From: Candidatus Moanibacter sp.
GTDB lineage: Bacteria; Verrucomicrobiota; Verrucomicrobiia; Opitutales; UBA2987
Direction of reading: 5' to 3'
NCBI GenBank assembly: GCA_965215885.1
Contig: CBDCEW010000055.1
Span: 1 to 17,421, forward strand
DNA length: 17,421 nucleotides
The position numbers and the translations under genes were made by a program. Below, in pieces: positions 1 to 8,087 of this stretch (position 1 is its first letter; every line of letters starts with the position of its first letter). The notes under the pieces are model-generated. The model worked only from the letters and a program-made list of their open reading frames with translations, did no database searches and had not been told where the DNA came from.

Positions 1-126
1 CACGATGATGCTTGAGAAAGTCAGCGACCCCGTCCCGCCACGCCGGAACGGGGAATTATCAAGTTAAAATCTCGAAACCTTGCGGCTCACGAACGCAGCA
101 AGTTAGAGCCTGCTCGAAAAAGAAAA

Positions 127-1047
127 TTGAATTTTGGAAACCTGAAATTCACCCCGCCGTTATTATGGGGGATTGCTCTCGTTCTATTTGTCGCAAGTGA
201 GCTGTTTGTTGTTCAAGAGCTAACCCTGAATGCGAGCCATCAAATTACCTGGTACCACAGGCTCGCAAGCCCTATCATAAGGGGCAGTTTGGATTTTCTA
301 TTCGCCTCAATAATTGTCCTCCTTTTTTCCCGTTGGCTATTCTACCTGTTTTCTCTTCTGGAGATTGGTTCCCTGGCTGCTCTCTTTGCCTATTACACAT
401 ACTTTCGCGATCCCCTATCAATTAATACGATCATTCATCAATGGGTTGAAGGATTGTCTGTAGCGCAATTTGCCTTCGAATTGATTCACGGTTATGTAAT
501 TCTGGCGCTCGGTATTTCATTCGCTGCTAAGGTATTTCTCAGAGAAAAGTTTGAAAAGAGACTTCCTGATCTGCGGCCTGCAATAAAGCGCCTCACCCTC
601 AATTGCCTACTGGCATATCTGAGCCTGATCGTAATATCCGGAACGCTTATCGATCCACTGAAGAATATAAAGAATCACGCCTACCTGGGTTCGTTGGGTA
701 TGACCTACGGTTATTTCTGGACATGGATGTCCGAGCTTTTCTTTTTGAACGACAGAGCCATCCTTGAACGTGCCTTAGAAACAGCCCGAAACAGAAGCGC
801 CCAACCACTCGCGTCATCTGTCGGCGGTTTCAAATTCGGCCCCAAGATTGTCATTATTCAGGTAGAAAGTCTTGATTACGAAGTCATTAGAAGCAAAGTT
901 GATGATTTCCATATCACCCCTTATCTTAATCACATAATAGGTGAGGCGAAAGTCTTCCGAATAAGGCCAATTCACGTTAATGGCTCAGCAGACGCCGATT
1001 TCGTAACTTTGATGGGGTTGATGCCGTCGGCGGATACGATAAATTAC
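127..1047 (+). pseudogene. LTA synthase / sulfatase-like (alkaline phosphatase superfamily) membrane protein, 5' part, interrupted by ISL3
   Basis: About 5 hydrophobic N-terminal segments, then IVIIQVESL (metal-binding Glu motif), ITPYLN and NGSADADF (nucleophile loop). The frame reads ...DTINY up to the TSD at 1040-1047. The last 9 residues of the listed ORF (GSTAESVGG) come from the IS. The TTG start at 127 is uncertain. Confidence 0.85.
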
Positions 1048-2530
1048 GGGTCTACAGCAGAATCTGTGGGTGGGTAACGTCGCTTACAAGAGGAAATAGA
1101 GTCGGTGAGCACAAGGAGAAGTCAGGGCGCTGCCCTGAATCCCGCTCCTCCACAGCCGGAGGGGCTGGTCGGTGTTTTCTTTGCATATGGGATTGAAAGG
1201 TTGAAGCACCGGGCCGTTCCGAGGATGAAAGTAGTACCGAAAATACATCCTGAACACGGAGGACCCAGTGCTCATCAAAACGCTACTGAATCGGTGCTAT
1301 TGGCTCAAGAGCTTTGTTTACGCAAAGGCGAGTATGGAAATGGTGAAATCGGTGGAGGCGATTGTGGTGCAGATTGAGCCGCGCAAGAATAGTCGGGTGT
1401 GCTGTTCGGGGTGTGGCCGGACGGCCAGCGGCTACGACCACATGAGCGAGGCGAGGCATTTTGAATTTGTGCCCTTGTGGGGGATGAAGGTGTATTTTCG
1501 TTACCGCATGCGGCGGGTCAATTGCCGGCGGTGCGGGGTGAAGGTCGAAGAGGTGCCCTGGGCCAAGGGCAAGAGTCATCTGAGTTGGCCAATGCAATGG
1601 TTTCTGGCCCAGTGGGCGAGGCGCTTGAGCTGGGAAGAGACGGCAAGGGTTTTTCGCACGAACTGGCGCAACGTCTTCGAGTCGGTCGAGGCGATGGTGC
1701 GTTGGGGGCTCAAACGGCGCGATATGAGCGGGATTGAGGCGATCGGAGTCGATGAGGTGCAGTATCATCGAGGCCATCACTATCTCACCGTGGTCTACCA
1801 GCTTGACGAGGGGCGGCGGCGGCTATTGGGCGTATTCAATAAGCGCAACGTAAAATCGCTCTTGCGTTTTTTCTGGGAATTGGGAGCGCAAAAGAGCAGC
1901 CAGATCCTCTACGTCTGCTCGGATCTGTGGAAGCCTTACCTCAAAGTGATCAAGAAAAAGGCACCCCAGGCGCTGCACATCCTCGATCGCTTCCACTTGG
2001 TAGCCAACCTGAACAAGGCCCTCAATGAGATTCGTGCTGCGGAAGCCAGGCGATTGCAACGGGACGGCTACATCAACGTGCTGGTCAAAAGCAAATACTG
2101 TTTCTTCAAAAATCCGCAAAATCTCACCCCCACCCAACAGATCCGCCTCAAGGAGGTGCTCCAATACGATCTGAAGAGCGTGCGGGCCTATCTACTAAAG
2201 GAGAGCTTTCAGCTCTTGTGGCATTATAAAAGTCCCTACTGGGCCCAATGGTATCTGAAAAAATGGTGCACGCGCGCCATGCGTTCGCGCCTCAAACCGA
2301 TCAAAAGGTTCGTGCGCTCGGTGCGCAAACACGAGCCGCTCATCCTCAACTGGTTTCGGGCCAAAAAGGCCTTTTCCTGCGGCATTGTGGAGGGCTTTAA
2401 CCGCAATATAAATCTCACTATCAGAAAAGCATACGGCTTTAAGAGCTTCGAAGTGCTTAAGATCGCCCTATTTCATACCATGGGCGTCTTGCCTGAACCC
2501 GAAATAACCCACAGATTCTGCTGACGAGGC
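1048..2530 (+). mobile_element. Complete ISL3-family insertion sequence (1483 bp)
   Basis: 24-bp terminal IRs match 20/24: GGGTCTACAGCAGAATCTGTGGGT (1048-1071) vs the reverse complement of 2507-2530, GCCTCGTCAGCAGAATCTGTGGGT. Perfect 8-bp AT-rich target duplication TAAATTAC at 1040-1047 and 2531-2538, typical of ISL3. Confidence 0.95.
1268..2524 (+). CDS. ISL3 family transposase (418 aa)
   Basis: Zinc-finger CSGC...CRRC; catalytic motifs GVDE, CSDLW, LDRFH and GIVEGFN...IRKAYGF. The stop codon lies inside the right IR. Confidence 0.95.
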   Translation: MLIKTLLNRCYWLKSFVYAKASMEMVKSVEAIVVQIEPRKNSRVCCSGCGRTASGYDHMSEARHFEFVPLWGMKVYFRYRMRRVNCRRCGVKVEEVPWAKGKSHLSWPMQWFLAQWARRLSWEETARVFRTNWRNVFESVEAMVRWGLKRRDMSGIEAIGVDEVQYHRGHHYLTVVYQLDEGRRRLLGVFNKRNVKSLLRFFWELGAQKSSQILYVCSDLWKPYLKVIKKKAPQALHILDRFHLVANLNKALNEIRAAEARRLQRDGYINVLVKSKYCFFKNPQNLTPTQQIRLKEVLQYDLKSVRAYLLKESFQLLWHYKSPYWAQWYLKKWCTRAMRSRLKPIKRFVRSVRKHEPLILNWFRAKKAFSCGIVEGFNRNINLTIRKAYGFKSFEVLKIALFHTMGVLPEPEITHRFC

Positions 2531-2538
2531 TAAATTAC

Positions 2539-3201
2539 AAGATAGCGGGTTTCCCTTTCCACGAAAACTCATTGCCTGGCTTCCTGTCGGCCTATGGATT
2601 TGAAACTTACGCATTTCACGGTGCAACCGGTTACTTTTTCGGCCGGCGAGATTCCTATTCGAATATGGGTTTCAAGCGAGTCTATTTCAGAGAAGAACTT
2701 GAAACGATTCTCAACGTGAAATCAGCCGGGTGGGGAATAAGAGATAAAGAGGTTTTTCAATTCTCCTCGAATAAAATAGGAGAGCCTGACCGGAAGATCT
2801 GTCATTTTATTATTACCCTTACATCGCATGGGCCCTACACCTTTTTACTCGATTCGGAAAAAGAGTTGTACCCCGATCCGTCTAATCTTGAAGAGAACTA
2901 CCTGAACAGCATGAGATATGTCGATCGGGCTCTCCAGAACTATATTGAGTCATTGCCGGATGAGACCTCGGTCATAATCTACGGCGATCACGGGGCAAGA
3001 GAGGTTTTCAGCCGACGCGCCAAGACAGAATACAGCGAATTCGTTCCTTTTATTATGTATACTAAGGGAATCGCTCAGCCTGACGGCGAACTGTTTGAAT
3101 TTTCAGAGATTGATCTTCTGGATTCCATCAGTTACTTTCGTGACCAACTCGGTTCTTCTGCTTCTGGTCAAACTCCCCACCCTACGAATTCACATTTATA
3201 G
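2539..3201 (+). pseudogene. LTA synthase / sulfatase-like protein, 3' part (after ISL3)
   Basis: Continues in frame after the second TSD copy (AAG ATA GCG... = KIAGFPFHENSLPG). Motifs AFHG, F-x-R-x-x-x-Y-x-x-x-GF, TLTSHGPY, YLNSMRYVD and IIYGDHG. The rejoined gene is 527 aa. Confidence 0.85.
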
Positions 3202-3213
3202 GACTGATTAAAC

Positions 3214-3450
3214 ATGTCCATCCAGGTCCGCACAATAATCTTAGTAAGTTCGCTTCTCTTCCTGGCCATTTACTTTGGATTCCAAGTTGGTTCGGGAAAT
3301 CTGTTTCTCGCGGTCTTTACCGCTTCAGCTTTGGGTTTTTTCGTTCTTCTCCGATTTACACGAGTACTTCCCGACACCCTCGTTTTCACCTTACTGATTT
3401 TCGGTTACATCGTCGGTAACCGTGGTTTCGCCCAAATCACTCTTCTAGGT
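3214..3450 (+). pseudogene. O-antigen ligase / Wzy-like membrane protein, 5' part, interrupted by IS
   Basis: ATG preceded by AGGA, 12 nt after the previous stop. Encodes 79 mostly hydrophobic residues ending GYIVGNRGFAQITLLG and joins 5374-6627 in frame after IS removal. Confidence 0.8.
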
Positions 3451-3532
3451 AGACCTTATCCGAAAAGCTACTGATTGGCCGCAAAGAGGCGCAAAAGGCG
3501 CAAGAAAAACTTGAGAAAAATCATTTTTTGGC

Positions 3533-3562
3533 TTGATAAAAAGTGTCGCAACATGCTAGTGT
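3533..3562 (+). promoter_or_regulatory. Putative sigma70-type promoter of the transposase
   Basis: TTGATA (3533-3538), an 18-nt spacer ending in TGC, and TAGTGT (3557-3562) form an extended -10-like arrangement about 30 nt upstream of the ATG. Confidence 0.3.
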
Positions 3563-3594
3563 TTAGCAACCTAAGATTAAGAAAGGAGTTAAAC

Positions 3595-5145
3595 ATGCCA
3601 ACATGTGCGACAGAGGAGAACAAAAGCGATAAGACGCCCCTTAGCAACCTCATTCTGCCGGTTCCAGACACGGATTTCCGTGATTTTCTGGATGAAGTTG
3701 AAGAATTGGCCGGGTTCGCGGCGCAAATCATCGAGGCGATCGAGAAGGATCTGGACGCCCATGCGCGTGAGAAGAAGAAACTTCGATTGGAAGATCGCAG
3801 GTTCTTTGAAGGGCGCACAGCGGAGCTGCCGGAGCTGGACATCGAGGAGGAGAATATTCTGGCTGCTGAATTGAATCTTGGGGCAGGCCGGCCGCGGATG
3901 CCGGCTTATGCGGTATACGTGTTCGTGATGATTCGAGGGTTTCTGGGTTCGTTGACCACGAAACCGGCACGGCGGTTTGTGCGCGAGTCGATGAGCTTGT
4001 ACGGATTTTTGCAGAGCGGGGGACTGAGAATGCCGGCGGTGACGACGATTCTGGAGAACGTGAACCTGGTCAGCCATACGACCCGCGAGTTGATCTTTGA
4101 TAAACAGATTGGGTTTATCCTCCAGGAGCAATGGGACGATTTCGGGAAGCTGACGATCGACAGCACCTCGGTGAAAGCAAACAGCTGCTGGCCCACCGAT
4201 GGGAAGATTCTGAGCGGTCTTTTGATGCGGGCCAATCGTTTGGGTCAGAAGTTGCATGTCTTCGGGCTGGAGGATTTTCGCAAGGGATGGGTTGGGCGTT
4301 GGCTGGAGGAAATGGACAAGCTGGAGTTTCAGATTTGTCTGGCCGCGGGCAAACCGAAGTCGAAGGGCAAGCTGAAGAAACACTACCGGCGGTTGCTCAA
4401 GCGGGGCCGCAAGGCGGCCGACTCACTAACGGGGGAACTGAGCCATCTTGAAGAGGGCCTGTCGATGGATTCACTGCCTCCCACTCGCCGGGAGCTTCTG
4501 GAGCGGGCATTGAGCCAGATCAGGGGCGATATTGCCGACGCCAAGCGGGTTGTTGAGTATGCTCATGATCGGGTGTTTCACGAAAAGAAGCTACCGTCCA
4601 CACAGAAGGTCCTGAGCCTCTCGGACGGATCGGCGGCCTACATCAAGAAGGGCAGCCGCAATCCAGTGATCGGGTACAAGCCACAACTGGTTCGCAGCGA
4701 AAACGGTTTTGTCACCAGCCTGATCGTACCGCAAGGCAATGCGGCAGACTCCATTGAGCTGGCGCCGGCCATCGGCGATTCGATCAAGCGCACCGGTGTC
4801 ATTGCTGAACTGGTCAGCACCGATGACGGATATGCTTCGGCGAAGGGACGCAAGGAGGTGCTGAGCATGGGGGTAAAGCAGATCAGTATCAGTGGGGCGA
4901 AGGGCAAGAAGTTGACCACCCCCGAGGACTGGGAGAGCGAGGCGTATCGCGAGGCACGCCGCGATCGCTCCGCAGTGGAGTCGCTGATGTTCACGATTAA
5001 AGATGGATTTGCCTTTGGCGAACTCGGCCGCCGCGGCATCGATGCGGTAGGCGATGAACTGCTCGAGAAGGTTCTGGCCTACAACTTCTGCCGCATCATA
5101 CTGATGAAGAAACGCCGAGGGGAGGAACTGGAACAGGCAGCCTGA
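3595..5145 (+). CDS. DDE transposase, IS5/ISNCY-like (IS4 superfamily), 516 aa
   Basis: Motifs GRP, IDSTSV, KVLSLSD...IKKG...GYK, STDDGY and RSAVESL. Strong SD AAGGAG at 3583-3588 favours the ATG at 3595 over the TTG at 3475. Confidence 0.88.
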   Translation: MPTCATEENKSDKTPLSNLILPVPDTDFRDFLDEVEELAGFAAQIIEAIEKDLDAHAREKKKLRLEDRRFFEGRTAELPELDIEEENILAAELNLGAGRPRMPAYAVYVFVMIRGFLGSLTTKPARRFVRESMSLYGFLQSGGLRMPAVTTILENVNLVSHTTRELIFDKQIGFILQEQWDDFGKLTIDSTSVKANSCWPTDGKILSGLLMRANRLGQKLHVFGLEDFRKGWVGRWLEEMDKLEFQICLAAGKPKSKGKLKKHYRRLLKRGRKAADSLTGELSHLEEGLSMDSLPPTRRELLERALSQIRGDIADAKRVVEYAHDRVFHEKKLPSTQKVLSLSDGSAAYIKKGSRNPVIGYKPQLVRSENGFVTSLIVPQGNAADSIELAPAIGDSIKRTGVIAELVSTDDGYASAKGRKEVLSMGVKQISISGAKGKKLTTPEDWESEAYREARRDRSAVESLMFTIKDGFAFGELGRRGIDAVGDELLEKVLAYNFCRIILMKKRRGEELEQAA

Positions 5146-5373
5146 ATCTGACCGCTTTGAAGCTCAGAGAAAAAAGCACCACGGGATGAGTATGCCTCCA
5201 GACAGCGGCAAATATACGTATTGTGCAGCAAGCCACGCCGATGGCCGCTCAATACCTGCTCATCGGCAGCGCCGGCAGCCTAAAACCCGAAACCTGCCAG
5301 CCATAGGCTGGTCCGCCCGTGGCGGAGAACCTTAAACCGCCCGCTCGAAAGGCTTTTCGAATGGGGTCTAGGT

Positions 5374-6627
5374 AATCTTCCCCTCTTTCTGAGAGAATTG
5401 AGCCTCCTTTACCTGATCGCACTCTTAGTCGTAGAAATCTCGATCAAAAAGTCTCTTCCCTTTCGTTTGGACAAATTGAGCTGCGCTCTTCTCTTATGGA
5501 TGCTGTTTGCTTCTATCCGTCTTCTCTTCGATATCCGAGCATTCGGAATTACGGCGCTCAGGGATTTCGCAACTGTCTATTACTGCAGCTTCTTTTTCCT
5601 GGTCCATAGATTGGCGCTTGAAGAAACCTCTCGCAGATTCTTTGAGAAATTTCTGGCCCTGGGCCTGTTCCTATTAATTCCCCTATTCCCACTTTTCCGG
5701 CAATTCCCCGCATTTTTCTATTATAAACTGAACGTAGACAACGTACCACTCATATTTTACAAGGGCGATCTCGTCGCCTCAATGTTCTCCGTCGGGTTTG
5801 TTTTCTTTTACCTCAAATACTTCAAAAACAGATCTACCGTGCTCTTTTTAATTTCGATAGCTTGTATGCTAATGGCTCTCTATTCTACTTCAAGAGCCGC
5901 ATGGGTAGGCTTAGCCCTGGCCTTGGGCGTTTTATTTTTCGCCGGAATCCGTCTGGTCTTTCAACACTTAGTGATCGTTCTGATCTGTTGCATAATCCCG
6001 TCGGCGATTATCTTCGGATTGTTTGCAGAGAATCTTACCCAGACGCGTGTATACGCCGTATATGAACATGCAATATCCTTGGTCGATTTCAGCGGAACGG
6101 GCAGATATCGGAACCCGGAGAGCCGCAACACCGGCGATAATAACCGCTACCGTCTGGTTTGGTGGCGAATTGTGATTGAGGATACGCTCCGCCAGGCGCC
6201 ATTGACGGGGCTGGGTTTCGGCACCGATATCTCGGAACGATTCGGAAAGACCTATTTTACCACCTTCAAGACTCTACGGGCTCGAAGTCCTCACAGTATT
6301 GTGTTGTCCGTTTTCGGGAGAATGGGGATTATTGGATTGGCTCTGTTTCTCATCGTCGTCTCAGCAATGATCTATCGAACCTTGGAAGTAATAAATCTTG
6401 CACGAGTGAGCGCGACCCTACCGGAATCGCTGATTTACTGGTGTATGGTATGGGCAATTTTCGGCAGCGCCTGTTTCGGGGTGGTTTTGGAGGGCCCGAT
6501 GGGGGCAATTCCGTTTTGGACTTTTCTGGGAATAGCGAACGCGCTCGCCTATGAGGAATGCAAAGAGTTTGCAACAAACCCGGTCAACCCCACCGCAACA
6601 CAGCCCGTGCCGCAACCTGCATTCTAA
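5374..6627 (+). pseudogene. O-antigen ligase / Wzy-like membrane protein, 3' part (after IS)
   Basis: Multi-pass membrane protein with STSRAAWVG, a periplasmic loop R-x-x-x-W...PLTGLGFG and RSPHS...GRMGIIG, the WaaL/Wzy_C signature. The rejoined gene is 496 aa. Confidence 0.85.
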
Positions 6628-6630
6628 GGG

Positions 6631-7662
6631 CTAGGGTACGACAGATTCCTCTTCGAGAAGTGTCTTCACTATTTCGTTGTACAACTCTCGAGCGATTATC
6701 AAATTCCCTTCACTATTAGGATGAACCGGATCCACATCCATATAGAGAGGACGATCAAAATCCATATCAAATACCGGTGTCATGTCCAATAGAGGAACAT
6801 TCCACTCCATACTTATCTGTTTTTTTATGGAAACAAGATCGGATGGTGCTTTAGCAAGCACTTCGTCTTCCCTCGGAACATATAGAAGTATCTGGGGAAT
6901 CTGGTGGGAGCTTAAAAGGCGACTGATTCTCGCTAGTTCGTTTTTGATTTTTGATCTGTTCTCATCTTCTCTCTCTTCATACTCAACTTCATCATCCCTT
7001 TTCGGTTTTGGGATAAATTTATGGCGATATTTCTCGTAGTACTTCCTCAATCGTACTTCAACGATGTAATGATAGATCGCGCTTCGTCGCAGTAGATTTT
7101 TCAACCAGACTCTACGCATAAATGCGTTTGCAAAATTCGCCGAATTCTCCTCTGAGAAAACCGTCCAAAGATTAGCATTGGAAACAACCACCAAATCAGG
7201 TTGGTAGGTAAGTGCTTTATCCCGAAGAAAGACGAAAATCTGGTGGTAGGACCAGGCATTTACCCCAGCATTAATTGCCTCCACGACACGTGCTCCATCA
7301 AGGTACTTATTGAGAAGTTTCTCCAACAATTCAGCATAGGTCTCTTCCTCTGCCAGTCCCCATCCAAACGTACGAGAGTCTCCTAAGAATAGAACTCGAT
7401 AGACGTTTTTGGATTTCTCTAAGTCAAACTCCGCTCCTCGCGTTCCCCAGGAATTTATGTGTACAGGTTTCCGGCCTATCTTTGTGAAGCAAGTCTGATT
7501 CGGTTTAGGAGTCCAATAGAGTTTGGGATCGGGCTGATAGATGAGAAGGTTTCCATATCCCGCGAATCGCAACAGAACTTCCAAAAACAAAACCGACAAA
7601 AGGAAGAATAGACCACTGATACTTAATCTTAAAAACCAGCGCCTCCAATTTAAGTGTCTCAT
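6631..7662 (-). CDS. SGNH/GDSL hydrolase family protein with N-terminal membrane anchor (putative polysaccharide O-acyl esterase/transferase)
   Basis: Block I LFLGDSRTFG, block II INAGVNAW, block V DPVHPN and an N-terminal TM helix. Convergent with the ligase gene with a 3-nt gap. Confidence 0.88.
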   Translation of the reverse strand: MRHLNWRRWFLRLSISGLFFLLSVLFLEVLLRFAGYGNLLIYQPDPKLYWTPKPNQTCFTKIGRKPVHINSWGTRGAEFDLEKSKNVYRVLFLGDSRTFGWGLAEEETYAELLEKLLNKYLDGARVVEAINAGVNAWSYHQIFVFLRDKALTYQPDLVVVSNANLWTVFSEENSANFANAFMRRVWLKNLLRRSAIYHYIVEVRLRKYYEKYRHKFIPKPKRDDEVEYEEREDENRSKIKNELARISRLLSSHQIPQILLYVPREDEVLAKAPSDLVSIKKQISMEWNVPLLDMTPVFDMDFDRPLYMDVDPVHPNSEGNLIIARELYNEIVKTLLEEESVVP

Positions 7663-7667
7663 ATGTA

Positions 7668-7729
7668 GGAGCCTGTCGGACTTAATGCCTCTTTCGGAAG
7701 AGTTACCCGGTTTTATTCCGACAGGTTCA
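7668..7729. mobile_element. Putative 62-bp MITE / minimal IS remnant
   Basis: 13-bp terminal IR matches 11/13: GGAGCCTGTCGGA vs the reverse complement TGAACCTGTCGGA. Flanked by TA on both sides (7666-7667, 7730-7731). Internal hairpin CTCTT-TCGG-AAGAG. Confidence 0.5.
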
Positions 7730-7915
7730 TAGCCCGCATTTTTTCCAAATTTCTGAGAACACTATCACATCATTAGGATCTTTTCGACTCGGCCGTACCG
7801 CCGAGAAGACAAAGGAAAGCGGGCTAACCCTAAAATCCGATTTACGGTGTATCTCCAAAATCATCATCGAGAGCAACCGGAAATGGCACTGAGGAAAAGA
7901 GTCCTACTATTGAAG

Positions 7916-7962
7916 AGGTCAACCGGGACGGTTGACCTACGCACACAAACAGCGTAGGTCAA
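7916..7962. repeat. GTAG-type REP plus truncated inverted partner
   Basis: Minus strand 7940-7916 reads GTAG-GTCAACCG-TCC-CGGTTGAC-CT (perfect palindrome). A second, inverted GTAGGTCAA lies at 7954-7962. Confidence 0.65.
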
Positions 7963-8087
7963 TTACCTTTCCCTTTGGCGACTTTCGACAATCTGTTCTG
8001 CCAATCCACCTTTGTTGTTCTAGCCCGTAGGTTGAAAACGAACCTTCTACTTTGGCTTAAAGCCGCTTCAATACTTAAGGACCCACC

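Larger units (their letters stand above)
3451..5369 (+). mobile_element. Complete IS5/ISNCY-like insertion sequence (~1919 bp)
   Basis: 18-bp terminal IRs match 15/18: AGACCTTATCCGAAAAGC (3451-3468) vs the reverse complement of 5352-5369, AGACCCCATTCGAAAAGC. Direct repeat AGGT at 3447-3450 and 5370-5373. The exact ends are ambiguous by a few bp because TCTAGGTA spans both junctions. Confidence 0.9.

Noticed and set aside
1..126. Possible 3' end of an upstream gene (frame ending TAA at about 67) and ORF 12-200
   Set aside because: Too short to recognise. ORF 12-200 overlaps the LTA-synthase-like gene and has no motif.
1084..1377. Short ORFs in the ISL3 left region as possible passenger genes
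   Set aside because: They overlap the transposase, lack recognisable domains, and the element length is normal for a simple ISL3.
3214..5145. The ligase 5' fragment, transposase and ligase 3' fragment all share one reading frame, with only the TGA at 3472-3474 between the first two (possible readthrough fusion or intein-like element)
   Set aside because: The transposase has its own SD and ATG at 3595, and further stops follow 5145. There are no intein or splicing motifs, and frame coincidence is likely by chance.
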